Part shown: in pieces, positions 29,632 through 40,472 of the stretch
How positions within the stretch are numbered: position 1 is the stretch's first letter
Layout: each line of letters starts with the position of its first letter
Assembly: GCA_040755455.1 (NCBI GenBank)
Contig: JBFMAY010000002.1
Coordinates: 32,001-96,000, forward strand
Source: Thermodesulfobacteriota bacterium
GTDB lineage: Bacteria > Desulfobacterota > Desulfobulbia > Desulfobulbales > SURF-16
DNA length: 64,000 bases
Reading direction: 5' to 3'
The notes under the pieces: generated by a model
What the model saw: the letters and a program-made list of their open reading frames with translations, nothing else
The model's database searches: none
Told to the model about the DNA's origin: nothing
Position numbers and translations under genes: made by a program

Positions 29632-31095
29632 ATGCAGAGCAAAAAAAATTTCCCGCAAAAGCTCACCGCTCTTTTGATTTACGGCAGACCCCCGCTCGTT
29701 CTCGGCGGCATGGTGTGCGCCATCGCCGTCATGTGGAACCGCAGCCTGCCCCTGTATGTGACCGGAGTATTTCTTCTGCTGATCTCCATGAGCTTTGACG
29801 TTGTCGACGGCTGGTTCGCGGCCCGCTATCCTCCCCATGCGACCATGGCCAACCTGGCTGACCGGGTCATGGATAAAATCGTCTACTCGATCATCTTTCC
29901 GCTTGTTGCCGCCGGCATGATGTGGCGTCTCATCTTCATCGCCCCGGATCATACCAGGCCTGAAATTCTGCACGCTATCCTGGTACTCGTGTTGTGCATC
30001 ACGGTTTTGATCCGGGACAGTTTTGCCCACTTCGTGCGCAGCTGTGCAATCCAGAAAGGCTTCGAATCGGAAACCATGGAGTTCACCCGGCTGCGCACCA
30101 TGGTGGCTGCCCCGGTGGGAGCCCTGCTTTACATCCATGCCTTTTTCCTGCCCGGCAAGGGTGATTCGATAATCTATATCTTCATTTCGTGGCTGGCCAA
30201 CCTGCCGCTGCGCACATACTTTATCATCGAAATCATCTTCCTGATCATCAATTTCGGTTCCATAGCGGGTCTGTGCCGGAAATACGGCACGTTACTGCTC
30301 GACGAGGTATGCCATGAAGACGACCTGCTGCGCCGGCGCATTCTTGCCTTTTTCCCCAATGCCCTGACCGTTCTCAATGCCCTGATGGGCATTCTGGCGA
30401 TTATCTTTACCCATCAGGGCCTCATGCGCCAGGCATATCTGTTTCTGGTCGGCGCCGCCATCTTTGACAAGCTTGATGGGGCTGTGGCCCGCAGACTCGG
30501 ACTGACGGAGCCCTCACCCCAGCAGAAAAAGGGGTCGGGGATAACCATGGGAAGCCTGCTGGATGATATTGCCGACGGCATCAGCTTCTGCCTGGCTCCG
30601 GCCCTGATTTTCTACATAACCCTTGCTGACCACCCCGCAGCCGGACTGGACAAACCCTGGCCCACCGTGGTGGCGGCTGCTTATTTTTTCCTGGGCGTGA
30701 CCCGCCTCATCTATTTCACCATCGACCGCGCCCCCATCCCCGGATTTTTCAAGGGAATGCCCACACCGGCCGCAGCTCTGCTGGTTGTCGCCCCGCTGCT
30801 GATGTTCAGCCAGGCGGCGGAAACCTCCATGGCCACCGCCCCATTCTGGGGGATTTTCTGTTTCTCCATCATGATTATCGCCTCACTTGCCATGAATCTC
30901 TACCCCGTGCATTATCTGCATATCGGCCGTTTCATGGACAGCAATCCCTGGTTCGGACGCTTCAACATGCTGCTGCTGCTGATTTGCCTCTTCACCCCCT
31001 ACTTCGGCTATATCGCCCTCATCTATCTGCTGCTCTATCTCCTGTCGCCGTCCTTTACCCGGCGCATGGAGCCCAATCGTCAAACACGGCAATGA
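29632..31095 (+). CDS. Tandem-domain CDP-alcohol phosphatidyltransferase family protein
   Basis: Two motifs: DVVDGWFAAR...DRVMD and DKLDGAVAR...GSLLDDIAD. Confidence 0.88.
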   Translation: MQSKKNFPQKLTALLIYGRPPLVLGGMVCAIAVMWNRSLPLYVTGVFLLLISMSFDVVDGWFAARYPPHATMANLADRVMDKIVYSIIFPLVAAGMMWRLIFIAPDHTRPEILHAILVLVLCITVLIRDSFAHFVRSCAIQKGFESETMEFTRLRTMVAAPVGALLYIHAFFLPGKGDSIIYIFISWLANLPLRTYFIIEIIFLIINFGSIAGLCRKYGTLLLDEVCHEDDLLRRRILAFFPNALTVLNALMGILAIIFTHQGLMRQAYLFLVGAAIFDKLDGAVARRLGLTEPSPQQKKGSGITMGSLLDDIADGISFCLAPALIFYITLADHPAAGLDKPWPTVVAAAYFFLGVTRLIYFTIDRAPIPGFFKGMPTPAAALLVVAPLLMFSQAAETSMATAPFWGIFCFSIMIIASLAMNLYPVHYLHIGRFMDSNPWFGRFNMLLLLICLFTPYFGYIALIYLLLYLLSPSFTRRMEPNRQTRQ

Positions 31096-31389
31096 GCCGG
31101 CTATAGAATACCTTCGCCTGTCAGCCGTAAAATGTATCGTGGCGCTGCCAGGGCGTGAAAGCCAATGGTTGTGGATGTAACCGGAGGGAAAAGCCGCCAG
31201 GCAGGTTTCCCCGCTCCGGCAATTATCATCGCCCGCGGCACCGTTCATTGGCACGCAGGAATCCCCCTAGTTCTCCCTGGGCATCAGGCGCAGAGCATCG
31301 CGACCTTTTCCCTTGCGTCCACAGCACATGCTCATTAGAATAGTCTAATGAAACTTTCCGGGCACAACCTGTAGCATGACAGGACTCTT

Positions 31390-32004
31390 ATGGAAAAATT
31401 GCCGATCAGTTTTGCCAGGCAGGGTTTGCATCTAATCTGCGGCACTCTGCTATGCCTTACCCTCTCCGCCTGCGGTGTGTCATTGCTGCCAGTGTCCAGG
31501 AACAGAGTCGAATCCCCCTGGCAATCCTTTGCCCAGGCAAAAGATGCCTTTGACAAGGTGATTCCCTATCAGACCACCAAGGACGATCTGCATGCACTCT
31601 CCCTTGATCCCTTTCAAAACACCAATATTGAGATTCTCACCTACCTCGATTTAACAAAACTGTTCATGCCCAATTCTTCCTTCCGCAAAGAGGATCTGGA
31701 CCAGCGCATGCAAAATTGCCTAAACGCCCTGGATAAATGCTACGGCTACAATCTGACCCTCAGCAACATGGAAAGCAAACGATACGGCAATGTTGTTCTC
31801 GATTTATTCAACTTTAAAAGAAAATCACAAAAGAAAGGCTGGATATTCAAGGCGTTAATCGTTCTGCAGGATGATGTGGTCGTGTATAAGATATGGGGCG
31901 GCAAGCCCCAGGTTGACGAATACGTCTATAATAAAAATCCGTTAGGTCCGCTGCAGGAGTCGGAAGGCACGATCAAGTCCATTGCCGTGGAAACCGCCTT
32001 TTAA
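31390..32004 (+). CDS. Putative lipoprotein
   Basis: Lipobox LSAC after a hydrophobic stretch. Confidence 0.75.
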   Translation: MEKLPISFARQGLHLICGTLLCLTLSACGVSLLPVSRNRVESPWQSFAQAKDAFDKVIPYQTTKDDLHALSLDPFQNTNIEILTYLDLTKLFMPNSSFRKEDLDQRMQNCLNALDKCYGYNLTLSNMESKRYGNVVLDLFNFKRKSQKKGWIFKALIVLQDDVVVYKIWGGKPQVDEYVYNKNPLGPLQESEGTIKSIAVETAF

Positions 32005-32110
32005 CCGTGGTGACGGTCCCGGCCAGGCAATCTTGCTGCAGCTGCCGATAAATGATCCTGACCTCTTGTACACAAACCGCCACCGGCCTGAAAACATACG
32101 CTTTTCAGGC

Positions 32111-35100
32111 CTAAAGACCGTTTGCGTCGCTGTCCTTTTTCTTTTTCCAATTCCACAGCCCTTCGGGCAACCGCACATGGGGCATCCGCATATCAGGGAG
32201 TTTGATCGCGGACAACTTCATATTCGGCATCTTCACATCAGAAAGCTTCTGATCAAGCAGCTCTTTGAGCCGGGCCACATGGCCGCCGCCGTTCCCGCGA
32301 TCCTGCCCGATGCCCGCAGCCAGGCGTTCAAGCTTCTCCTCCCTGTTGCGCTCGACCCGATGGACAAAGGCCTCCACCCTGTTGCGCACATGGGTGCGGC
32401 CCATGGCATCAAAGACCAGCGGCATGATCGGCACCCCGGCAATACGCTCGGTCAACCGTTTGAAAACCGAGGTGGTGGCGGTGCCGACCAGACAGTTCAG
32501 GCAATAAACGTTCAGGATGCCGTCCACTCCTTTATTGGCAAAATCCACATGTTTGGCCACGTTCAGGGAAACGAGCAGTTCCGGCTCGCCGGGCAAAATT
32601 CCCTCCGTGTACCGGAGAACCTCTTCGGCATGAGGCTCACTGAAATTGACCAGACGTCCCTGGAAATTCTTGCCCACGTAACCAGCCCCCAGGTTATTGA
32701 CCAGCACCCGGCCCCAGGACGACATCATATTCCGTGTTTTGCCCGCCTCCCAGAACTGGCGGGCGCGGACCTCCTGACCGGTCATGATGACATCAACCAG
32801 GGTCGGCGACGGCCAGACCTCGCAGCCCAGCTCCTCCAGCAGATCGAACAGTCCGCCGTTGGCCACCGGATTGACCCTGGTATAGACGTCACCGGTCACG
32901 GCGATCACAGGCTTCCCGCCCCTTGACCGGGTGGGAACCGCGTCAAGCAGCTGGGCGGCCCGCATGATCCCCCGGTTGACCTTGTTGTCAAGCTGGCTCT
33001 GCAGGATGGTGTCGAGCGCGGCAAAATAGGCCCGGTCCACCGCCCCCTTTTCCAGCTCATAGGGCCGCATCTCAAACCGCATTCTGCTCAGGTACTCTAT
33101 ACCCAGGATGGCTTTGCCGAGCTTGAAGACAAACATGGCGCCAAACCGGTCAAACAGCTCCAGGGAATTGACGTTGATCACCCGGACATCGTTTCTGCCC
33201 AGTCTATCCATGTAAAGCTGGATGGTGGGCACATACTGGGTGATCATGCAGTTGCTCTCAACGGTGGGCAGGAGGTAGGCGGCGCCCTGGGGCAGATCCC
33301 CGCCCCGGGCCAGCTTGATCAGGTCACCGGCAATGAGCTGGAAGGGGTGGCACTGCTTGCCGCCGGAAAATTCCACTCCGGCCTCATAGGAAGAGTGATC
33401 GGGCAGAGGCAGCACCCGCGCCCTGATGCCTTCGGCCCTGATCGCCCCGGCAAAGGCATGGGCATGGTCGGAGAAATAAGGGATGATGTATTCGCCGGCT
33501 GCATCCGGGGGGGTGGCGTGGCTGCCCCTCTTGCGGGGAGCAGTGGGGATGTCGTCCCTCGGCCCCAGCTGCGGACCGCGGGCCGCCTTGTCCCGCCAGC
33601 TTGCCACCCGGTGGGCGAAGGCCTCGACCCGGGTCGCCAGCCCGGCATCGGCCCGGTGCTCGTCAAATTCCAGAAACAGGCTTGGCCGCTCGGCAAAAAT
33701 CTCCTGCAGCAGCGGAAAGGTGAATGAGTCCGGCCCGCAGCCGAAATTGCCGACCACCACCGGATAGATGTCAGAGGCAGAGCTTATCCAGATGCCGATT
33801 TTGAGCATGCGCCGGCTGAAGGCCCAGGTAATGCTGTTATAGCGGTCGGGCAGGGGCAGCGCCAGGGCAGTGCTCAGCTGTTCATAGGAGATCACATCAA
33901 ATCCGGCCTTGGCCAGTTTGGCGGCAAGGGACATGTTGGCAAAACGGTCGCTTATATTGTAAGGCTTGCCGAGCAGCACCGCCAGCGGTTTCTCCCGCGG
34001 CCCGGCAGCGCTCGGGTCGTACTCGATGCTCTTGTGGAAAGCTGCCAGTTCCCCTGCCGCGGTTTCATAGGCCAGATCCGCAGCGGCGCTGTCCACCCCG
34101 AATACCTCGGCCACCCGTAGCGAGAGCTTTTCCCGTTCCCTGACCGGCAAGTCAGGAAGCAGCGGCAGGGGGGCCACATTGATGGCGTCGAAGTTGGCCT
34201 GCACCATGGAGGCCCCGTGCTGGATATAGGGGCAACTTACCCCGTCCAGCAGCCGGGACATGGAAGGAATGAAAACCGCGTCAACCCCCGCCTTTTCCAG
34301 GGAGGCCACATGGCCGAAGAGCAGCTTGACCGGCAGACAGGTCTCAGCGGGCAGCCGGGTCAGGGCAAGAGCGAGACAGTCGCTGCTCGACGGCGCAGAC
34401 ACCTTCAGCCGGATGGCGAGTTGCCGGAAATATTGCTTCCAGAATGGATAAAACTCGCGGAACAGCAGGGCCCGGGGGATACCCACCGTGGCAATGAAAT
34501 TTTCAGACTCGCTGCCGTCGCCGACCACCTCGGTCATGTCCGGCGTCAGGTCCCGGCCCGGCGTAAGCCCGCTGATCGCCTCGGAATATCTGCCGCACAA
34601 ATCGCCGAAATGAAATCTCCCATCCTGGAAATGGAATGCGCTGACCTGGCAACGGTTCTCGCAGCCCAGGCATTCAAAGGAGCTCTCCCGGTGCGCGGTG
34701 GAAAAACGAAAACCCTTGAAAGAGGTCGTAAAGCCAGGTCCCGTGGCGTTTTTACCCCGGACCATTTCACGGGTCAGCGCCGCCATGCCCATTGCCCCGG
34801 AAATGCCAGGATGCTCATGGACGACAACCTCCGCTCCATTGAGCCTGTTCTTGAAGGCCTGCACCACGGCCCGGTTCTTGGCCACCCCGCCCTGCAGCAC
34901 CACATGCCGGCCGAAGCTCCTGCCCTGCACCACCCGGTCAATATAGTTTTCCACCACCGCCTGGGAAACCCCCATGAGCAGATCCGCCAGGGGCACGCCC
35001 TGCTGGATGTGATGGACCAGATCGGACTCCATGAAAACAGTACACCTGCTGGTGAACGGCAGCGGCTTGCGGGAGCTGAGGGCCAGCTCCGCATATTCCT

Positions 35101-36514
35101 CCTTGAGATCCACCCCCAGCCGCACGGCCTGTTCCTGGATAAATGATCCCGTCCCGGCCGAACACGCCCTGTTCATCTCAAAATCAATCACCGTGCCGTC
35201 TTGCCCAAGCCGGATGAACTTGGCGTCCTGACCGCCTATTTCAATGACCGTGTCCACCTCAGCCGAACCGAGCCAGGCCCCCTTGGCCTGGGCGGTTATC
35301 TCGTCAACCACCAGATCGGCGCCCACGGCATGGCCCACCAGCTTCCGCCCGGACCCGGTAACCCCCACCGCAGCAATAGCCGCCTCAGGGATGCTCTCCG
35401 CCAGGCAGGCCAAGGCGCGGCTGGCCGCATCAAGCGGCTTGCCAGCGGTAAAAATATAGACCTCCGCCAGCAGCACGCCTTCCGCGGTCAATGCCACCGC
35501 CTTGGTGCTGATGGAACCGATATCAAGACCGATGAACACCTGTTCGCCGGCAGCAGGCGGGCGTACCACACGAACTTCTTCCAGTCCTTTCAGCATGCGG
35601 GCCGCGGCCTCATCCATCTGCCAGCCCCGGGTGGAAAAACCCTCGTCCTGCCCATTGCCGGCTGGGACCTCGGATGCGGCCCGCGCAACAAGCGCGGCGT
35701 CAAGGCCGGCCGAGAGACTGGCAGAGAGCAGGGCGGCGCCCAGCGCCCCTGCCATGTGGGGCATCTCCGGCCGGATGATGTCGGCCTCGTCAAGGGCCAG
35801 AATGTCTTTAAAGGCGCGGATCACCCCGTCGTTCAGCGCCACCCCGCCCTGAAACACCACGGGTCTGATCACCTCCCGGCCCCGGATCAGATTGGCCACG
35901 TAATTGCGGGCCAGGGCATGGCAGAGCCCGGCCACGATCTGGTCCACCGGCACCCCCCGCTGCTGCAGATGAATGATATCCGACTTGGCGAAAACGCTGC
36001 AGCGACCGGCCATGGCCGGCACCGTCTCAGCCCCGGCCGCCATGGCCGACAACTCCTCAATGGAGAGCCCGAGCCGCTCCGCCTGCACATCGAGAAAGGC
36101 CCCGGTGCCCGCGGCGCACAGCTCGTTCATGGCATAGTCATAGGGACCTTTTTCATCGACGAGGATAAATTTGGAGTCCTGACCGCCGATCTCGATCACC
36201 GAGGCCCGGCCCCCGGCAAATCCCGCGGCCGCCGTGCCATGGGCGACGATCTCGTTGATTGCCGGGATATTCAGCATATCCTGCACGATTTCCTTGCCGC
36301 TGCCTGTGGCCAAGGCGCCGGCAAACGATTTCACCTTGTTGGGTTTCATCCATTCATCCAGCAGCTGCCGGCATAACATGGCCACCGCATCCCTGGAACG
36401 GCCCTGCACCCTGCGATAAGCGTACCAGAGCCGCCTGCCGGCACCGTCGACGACCATGCCGTCCAGACTCACGGAACCGAGATCCACACCGAGGTAATAG
36501 CCGCCGGCCTTCAA
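32111..36514 (-). CDS. Fused acyl-CoA dehydratase activase (two BadF-type ATPase domains + DUF2229/HAD-like domains)
   Basis: Two IEIGGQD(S/A)K and C(A/S)AGTG motifs, 'TCLPVK', 'FGCGPDS', 'TRVEAF'. Confidence 0.9.
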   Translation of the reverse strand: MKAGGYYLGVDLGSVSLDGMVVDGAGRRLWYAYRRVQGRSRDAVAMLCRQLLDEWMKPNKVKSFAGALATGSGKEIVQDMLNIPAINEIVAHGTAAAGFAGGRASVIEIGGQDSKFILVDEKGPYDYAMNELCAAGTGAFLDVQAERLGLSIEELSAMAAGAETVPAMAGRCSVFAKSDIIHLQQRGVPVDQIVAGLCHALARNYVANLIRGREVIRPVVFQGGVALNDGVIRAFKDILALDEADIIRPEMPHMAGALGAALLSASLSAGLDAALVARAASEVPAGNGQDEGFSTRGWQMDEAAARMLKGLEEVRVVRPPAAGEQVFIGLDIGSISTKAVALTAEGVLLAEVYIFTAGKPLDAASRALACLAESIPEAAIAAVGVTGSGRKLVGHAVGADLVVDEITAQAKGAWLGSAEVDTVIEIGGQDAKFIRLGQDGTVIDFEMNRACSAGTGSFIQEQAVRLGVDLKEEYAELALSSRKPLPFTSRCTVFMESDLVHHIQQGVPLADLLMGVSQAVVENYIDRVVQGRSFGRHVVLQGGVAKNRAVVQAFKNRLNGAEVVVHEHPGISGAMGMAALTREMVRGKNATGPGFTTSFKGFRFSTAHRESSFECLGCENRCQVSAFHFQDGRFHFGDLCGRYSEAISGLTPGRDLTPDMTEVVGDGSESENFIATVGIPRALLFREFYPFWKQYFRQLAIRLKVSAPSSSDCLALALTRLPAETCLPVKLLFGHVASLEKAGVDAVFIPSMSRLLDGVSCPYIQHGASMVQANFDAINVAPLPLLPDLPVREREKLSLRVAEVFGVDSAAADLAYETAAGELAAFHKSIEYDPSAAGPREKPLAVLLGKPYNISDRFANMSLAAKLAKAGFDVISYEQLSTALALPLPDRYNSITWAFSRRMLKIGIWISSASDIYPVVVGNFGCGPDSFTFPLLQEIFAERPSLFLEFDEHRADAGLATRVEAFAHRVASWRDKAARGPQLGPRDDIPTAPRKRGSHATPPDAAGEYIIPYFSDHAHAFAGAIRAEGIRARVLPLPDHSSYEAGVEFSGGKQCHPFQLIAGDLIKLARGGDLPQGAAYLLPTVESNCMITQYVPTIQLYMDRLGRNDVRVINVNSLELFDRFGAMFVFKLGKAILGIEYLSRMRFEMRPYELEKGAVDRAYFAALDTILQSQLDNKVNRGIMRAAQLLDAVPTRSRGGKPVIAVTGDVYTRVNPVANGGLFDLLEELGCEVWPSPTLVDVIMTGQEVRARQFWEAGKTRNMMSSWGRVLVNNLGAGYVGKNFQGRLVNFSEPHAEEVLRYTEGILPGEPELLVSLNVAKHVDFANKGVDGILNVYCLNCLVGTATTSVFKRLTERIAGVPIMPLVFDAMGRTHVRNRVEAFVHRVERNREEKLERLAAGIGQDRGNGGGHVARLKELLDQKLSDVKMPNMKLSAIKLPDMRMPHVRLPEGLWNWKKKKDSDANGL

Positions 36515-36817
36515 GAGCGCACCTCCATCAATTTCAGAATTTCAGAGATTAAATCAACAGGCAGGCCCGCGCGGCAAAAAACAAGCCTGCTGCCACCAAG
36601 ATCCCTTAATACCCAGCATGGCCAGCAACAAGCAAAAGATACGCGGAGCAAAATAAAGATAGTGGCCGCAAAAAAACTGCGACAACGACAGACTGCCACA
36701 AGCGACAAGTTTGCGCAACAGGCATTATTGAACAGAGCAGACTTGCTGAGAGAAGTTTGGACAGAAATCGGCGCCACTCATGAAATGCGCATCAACCCAC
36801 CGTATTTCATGCCACTT

Positions 36818-37192
36818 TCACATGGAGGCGCCCCGATTTTGTTCGCGGGAAAATCGGGAATCCAGTTGAAGACGTTCAGTTATTTTGAGGGAATTGAACT
36901 TCACACCGCAACGTTTCATGCGTGTGGAGCCGAAATTGACCATATCGTCATAGACGTTTTTTGCCACAATGACACAGGGGACATTGGCAAAGAAAAGGTC
37001 CTTGTCCATGATCAGGATATCCATCTCAACCGGGCTGTTTATCGGCAGATCGCATTCCCGGCAGATAAAAGAAAGACCGTCGACACTGATGTCAATGATC
37101 TTGCCGATTTTCAGGATATCAGGGGTTAACAGGCCGGCAATGCCGGTTTTAACCTTCAGTCTTTTATTTTTCCTGCGCTCTGTATTTACCAT
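36818..37192 (-). CDS. PilZ domain protein
   Basis: ERRKNKR (RxxxR) and DISVDG (DxSxxG). Confidence 0.88.
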   Translation of the reverse strand: MVNTERRKNKRLKVKTGIAGLLTPDILKIGKIIDISVDGLSFICRECDLPINSPVEMDILIMDKDLFFANVPCVIVAKNVYDDMVNFGSTRMKRCGVKFNSLKITERLQLDSRFSREQNRGASM

Positions 37193-37268
37193 GGAAAATC
37201 CTCCATAGCCGGTTGCCTTGGCGGTCCTGACATGTATCATCTATTGACAGGACAGGGGGGTGGCACGT

Positions 37269-37664
37269 TCACTTTTCATCGCCGGTGGTACTCTGTTTGA
37301 TGAATATGTCCAGCAAGGCCTGCTGGGTAAAGGTCAGGTTGTTGAATTTCACCCCGCACCGTTTTATTCCCTCTTCAGGTGCGTTGCCCTGTTCCTTGTC
37401 GATTGCCTGGTCGGAGATTATTTCAATAGGCAGCTTGCGCAGAAAAAAATTATCATACGAGGAAATCACATCCAGCCTTTTCCAGTTACAGTCAAAAGCC
37501 TCGCTGCTGCAATACTGCAAACCCACTCCTCCCATGCTTACATCAAGCACAGCAGCGGCATGACCGACAGGATGCGAATCAAGCATGGCAAAAACCGTAT
37601 TTTTCACTTTAAACCGCTGGTGCTGCCGCCTTTCCTCTTGTGCGTCATGCGTCTTTGTGGCCAT
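37269..37664 (-). CDS. PilZ domain protein (paralog of its neighbour)
   Basis: ERRQHQR, DVSMGG; shares KRCGVKFN.L. Confidence 0.88.
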   Translation of the reverse strand: MATKTHDAQEERRQHQRFKVKNTVFAMLDSHPVGHAAAVLDVSMGGVGLQYCSSEAFDCNWKRLDVISSYDNFFLRKLPIEIISDQAIDKEQGNAPEEGIKRCGVKFNNLTFTQQALLDIFIKQSTTGDEK

Positions 37665-37744
37665 TTTTCACCCTCAGGTTTTTTCCATCGGCGCTCACAC
37701 CACTGTTGACGCACTTGGCGAAAGCCCTGGGAAATTGACTGGCA

Positions 37745-38119
37745 TCAGCCATCTTGCTGCGCTGGGTACAGATAGCCCATTAAACGCATCTGCAATCTGC
37801 GCCCCGCGATTTCCATGCCTTTGAGCATCGCGGCTGTAGCAAAAGGATTCTTCACACTGACCCAGCAGAACCGGCGCACAGGCGACCCGTTATCTGTCTG
37901 AATCTCAGAAACGTCCGTCACGTTGTCAATGTGGTTGAAGAATTGACGAATCTCACTATCGGCAACCTGGGAGGCGATATCCTCAACGAGAAAAACCCCC
38001 AACCGAAGCTTGTCGCCCATATTTTCCATAACCAATCCCCTAACCTGCTCCACTATTTCAACAAATCCATCTTCTTGAGGTATTTGGTAAATCTCAGTTG
38101 CCTTTTCATCCTGAGCCAC
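37745..38119 (-). CDS. Hypothetical protein, possible RRM-like fold
   Basis: 'FLVEDI......EIRQFF', 'RFCWV', 'LKGMEIAGRRLQM' follow the RRM pattern. Confidence 0.55.
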   Translation of the reverse strand: MAQDEKATEIYQIPQEDGFVEIVEQVRGLVMENMGDKLRLGVFLVEDIASQVADSEIRQFFNHIDNVTDVSEIQTDNGSPVRRFCWVSVKNPFATAAMLKGMEIAGRRLQMRLMGYLYPAQQDG

Positions 38120-38286
38120 TGCCGCTTTTCATCTGCAACGACGGCAAAGAGGCTGATAGGTAATTTTACTATAATTAACTGATAACAGCGCAAACACAAT
38201 GGTATAAATTTATATAGAAAATGGATATGAAAAATATCTATCCGATTCCCCCTGACACCAGGCGATCCGGTGTTTTTTCGTAATGA

Positions 38287-39681
38287 TCAGGCAACTGACG
38301 AAAGAACCGACTGGAGGTTGCCCCCCTGGTTTGTCAGTCCGAGTTTTTTTCTGATATTTTTCCGGTGGATATTGATTGTCCCAGGGGAAAGACTAAGCAG
38401 CTCGGCAATATCTTTGGTTCTTTTTCCCTGTTTTACCAGGTTTGCCACCTGAATCTCCGCCGGCGTGAGTTTGACGAATTTTGATGATAATGTGCCGGTA
38501 AAGGGAGAGACGATTTCCTTGAGATTGGCCTCGAGAATATCCACCAGCACCTTTTGCTCCGCGGTCAACCGGCCAGTTCCCAGTTTCGCCAGGTAGGGCT
38601 CGACAAGTGTTCTGACATTGGCGGCAATATGATGTTCCAATTCCCGCTTATCCTCTCTTATTTTCTTCAGCAGCACGGTGAGGGCAATATTGGTCTCTTC
38701 AAGCTCCTTGGTGCGGGCGTCAACCTTGTGCTCCAATTCGTCGTGGGCATTGCGCAATTCTATTTCAAAATTCTTCCTATAGGTAATATCCGTATGGGTT
38801 CCAACAAAACGAGCGGGACGCCCCCCTTCATCCCAGTCAACCACCCTGCCTCTTGACAGCATCCACTGCCACTCCCCTGCCTTGTTGCGCATGCGAAATT
38901 CCGCCTCATAACGGCAGGTAGTTCCCTTGAGATGCTCTTCAACCTTTGCCAGGGCTTTCTGCCGGTCATCCGGGTGCATGAGGCTTTCCCAGGAGAGAAA
39001 CAATCTCTTGGCCTCTTCGTCGCTGTAGCCCAGCACCCGATGCCAGTTTTCCCCATAATAAACCTCGCCTGTTAACAGATTGCGGTCCCAGACCCCGTCG
39101 GATGAGGCATCAAGGGCCAGCAGCAGGCGTTCCTCACTTCTGAGCAACCGTTCTTCGATCCCCTTCCGGTAAGAGATATTGCGGATGGTGCCCCGACGGC
39201 CGACAAATTCTCCTTGCGCATTATACACGAACCGGCAGGCATGGGAGACCCATCGTTCATCCCCGCCCTTTGTCACAATGCGGAAGTCGAATCTTTCCAG
39301 GGGGCTGTCAAATAATTCTTCGGCAAAATGCCTTACGGCTTTAACCCGGTCATCCGGGTGAATGATGGAAAAGAACAAGCCTGGATCAGCGGCGAACTCT
39401 CCGGCTCCATAGCCGCTTACCTCTTCGCAGGCCGGCGATATGTAGAGATATTCGCCTTGAGGACTCAGCCAGTATTCCCAATTACAGCTATAATCGGCAA
39501 CGGTGCGGAACTTCTCCATTCCTGCCTGCAGTTCCTGCCGATGGCGTTCAAGCTCATGGACAATCCCGGCGAGTTCTTCCGGACGAGGCATGGGCCGGCC
39601 GGCTGCACTTTCTCGCAGCAGCCGTTCCGCCTGCCTGAGCAGAACGATGATTCTTCCTGTCCTATCCTTGCTTTCTTCCAT
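38287..39681 (-). CDS. PAS-PAS-LuxR HTH transcriptional regulator
   Basis: Two PAS/PAC domains (IHPDD, MHPDD); 'LTPAEIQVA...TINIHRKNIRKKLG'; divergent from the eCIS operon. Confidence 0.9.
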   Translation of the reverse strand: MEESKDRTGRIIVLLRQAERLLRESAAGRPMPRPEELAGIVHELERHRQELQAGMEKFRTVADYSCNWEYWLSPQGEYLYISPACEEVSGYGAGEFAADPGLFFSIIHPDDRVKAVRHFAEELFDSPLERFDFRIVTKGGDERWVSHACRFVYNAQGEFVGRRGTIRNISYRKGIEERLLRSEERLLLALDASSDGVWDRNLLTGEVYYGENWHRVLGYSDEEAKRLFLSWESLMHPDDRQKALAKVEEHLKGTTCRYEAEFRMRNKAGEWQWMLSRGRVVDWDEGGRPARFVGTHTDITYRKNFEIELRNAHDELEHKVDARTKELEETNIALTVLLKKIREDKRELEHHIAANVRTLVEPYLAKLGTGRLTAEQKVLVDILEANLKEIVSPFTGTLSSKFVKLTPAEIQVANLVKQGKRTKDIAELLSLSPGTINIHRKNIRKKLGLTNQGGNLQSVLSSVA

Positions 39682-40076
39682 ACTGCCTGCCTGTTGCTTT
39701 CTTTGTAATTCATCCTATTCTTTTTCTGATAAATTCACCACGCCTTTCGCATCCAGCAACCGGTTGGTTGCACATTTCTCACCTCCCATCCGCCCCCTGC
39801 AGGGAAAGCCTGTTACACAAAATCTACACCCGGGCTTCCTCTCGCGCCTTCCCTCCCCGCCCATCTGAGGACTTTGTCTTACCTGACAACATTTAATCTC
39901 CTTGCCGAAAAACCGGCCGCCGCGCAAAACCTCCCGCTGTAACACGCCCAGGTAACAAACCATTGTCACATATTCCTCTGCCTATCCGCCAAGCGCGCCG
40001 CTACCTGGCAAAAGGGTAAAAAATAACCTGCCGGAACAGCGACATTATCAAGCCGGAAAACAACCTCCTTCCGCTG

Positions 40077-40093
40077 CTGGCACCCCTTTTGCT
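40077..40093 (+). promoter_or_regulatory. sigma54 -24/-12 promoter of the CIS operon
   Basis: CTGGCAC-CCCTT-TTGCT: GG and GC separated by exactly 10 nt, ~107 bp upstream of the first gene. Confidence 0.8.
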
Positions 40094-40199
40094 GCTGCTA
40101 CATAAAGCGTTTTATCTGATCATTTCCCGCTACACGTTCAGCAAGGCAACTCCGCAACACCGTTCAATCATAATGAATAAATTTTGATGAGGATTGCAT

Positions 40200-40439
40200 A
40201 TGGCCGTCACGATACGCAACAAAATGAATCGACCTGTCATGATCCGCCTAAACAGCGGCCGCACCTGCTATCTAAATGCCGGTGACACCTCCGGGGAAAT
40301 CATCGATGTGGAAATTGCCCACAACGAAAGGCTCGCCAGGCTGCAGGGCAGAAATATCATAGAACTGCATGAGATAAAGAAGCCGGCTGCGCCTGCGGCA
40401 AAAACAAAAAAGGCTACACAAAAAGTTACAAAAAAATAA
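40200..40439 (+). CDS. Small basic hypothetical protein leading the CIS operon
   Basis: GAGG RBS; 79 aa with a Lys/Ala/Thr-rich tail. Confidence 0.7.
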   Translation: MAVTIRNKMNRPVMIRLNSGRTCYLNAGDTSGEIIDVEIAHNERLARLQGRNIIELHEIKKPAAPAAKTKKATQKVTKK

Positions 40440-40472
40440 GAAAACAAATCCTTAAATAACAAGGAGGAATGT

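Noticed and set aside
29227..30138. 303-aa minus-strand ORF and similar long antisense ORFs (e.g. 35201-36376, 41442-42524, 56541-57731)
   Set aside because: Shadow frames of well-supported genes in GC-rich DNA, with no recognisable motifs.
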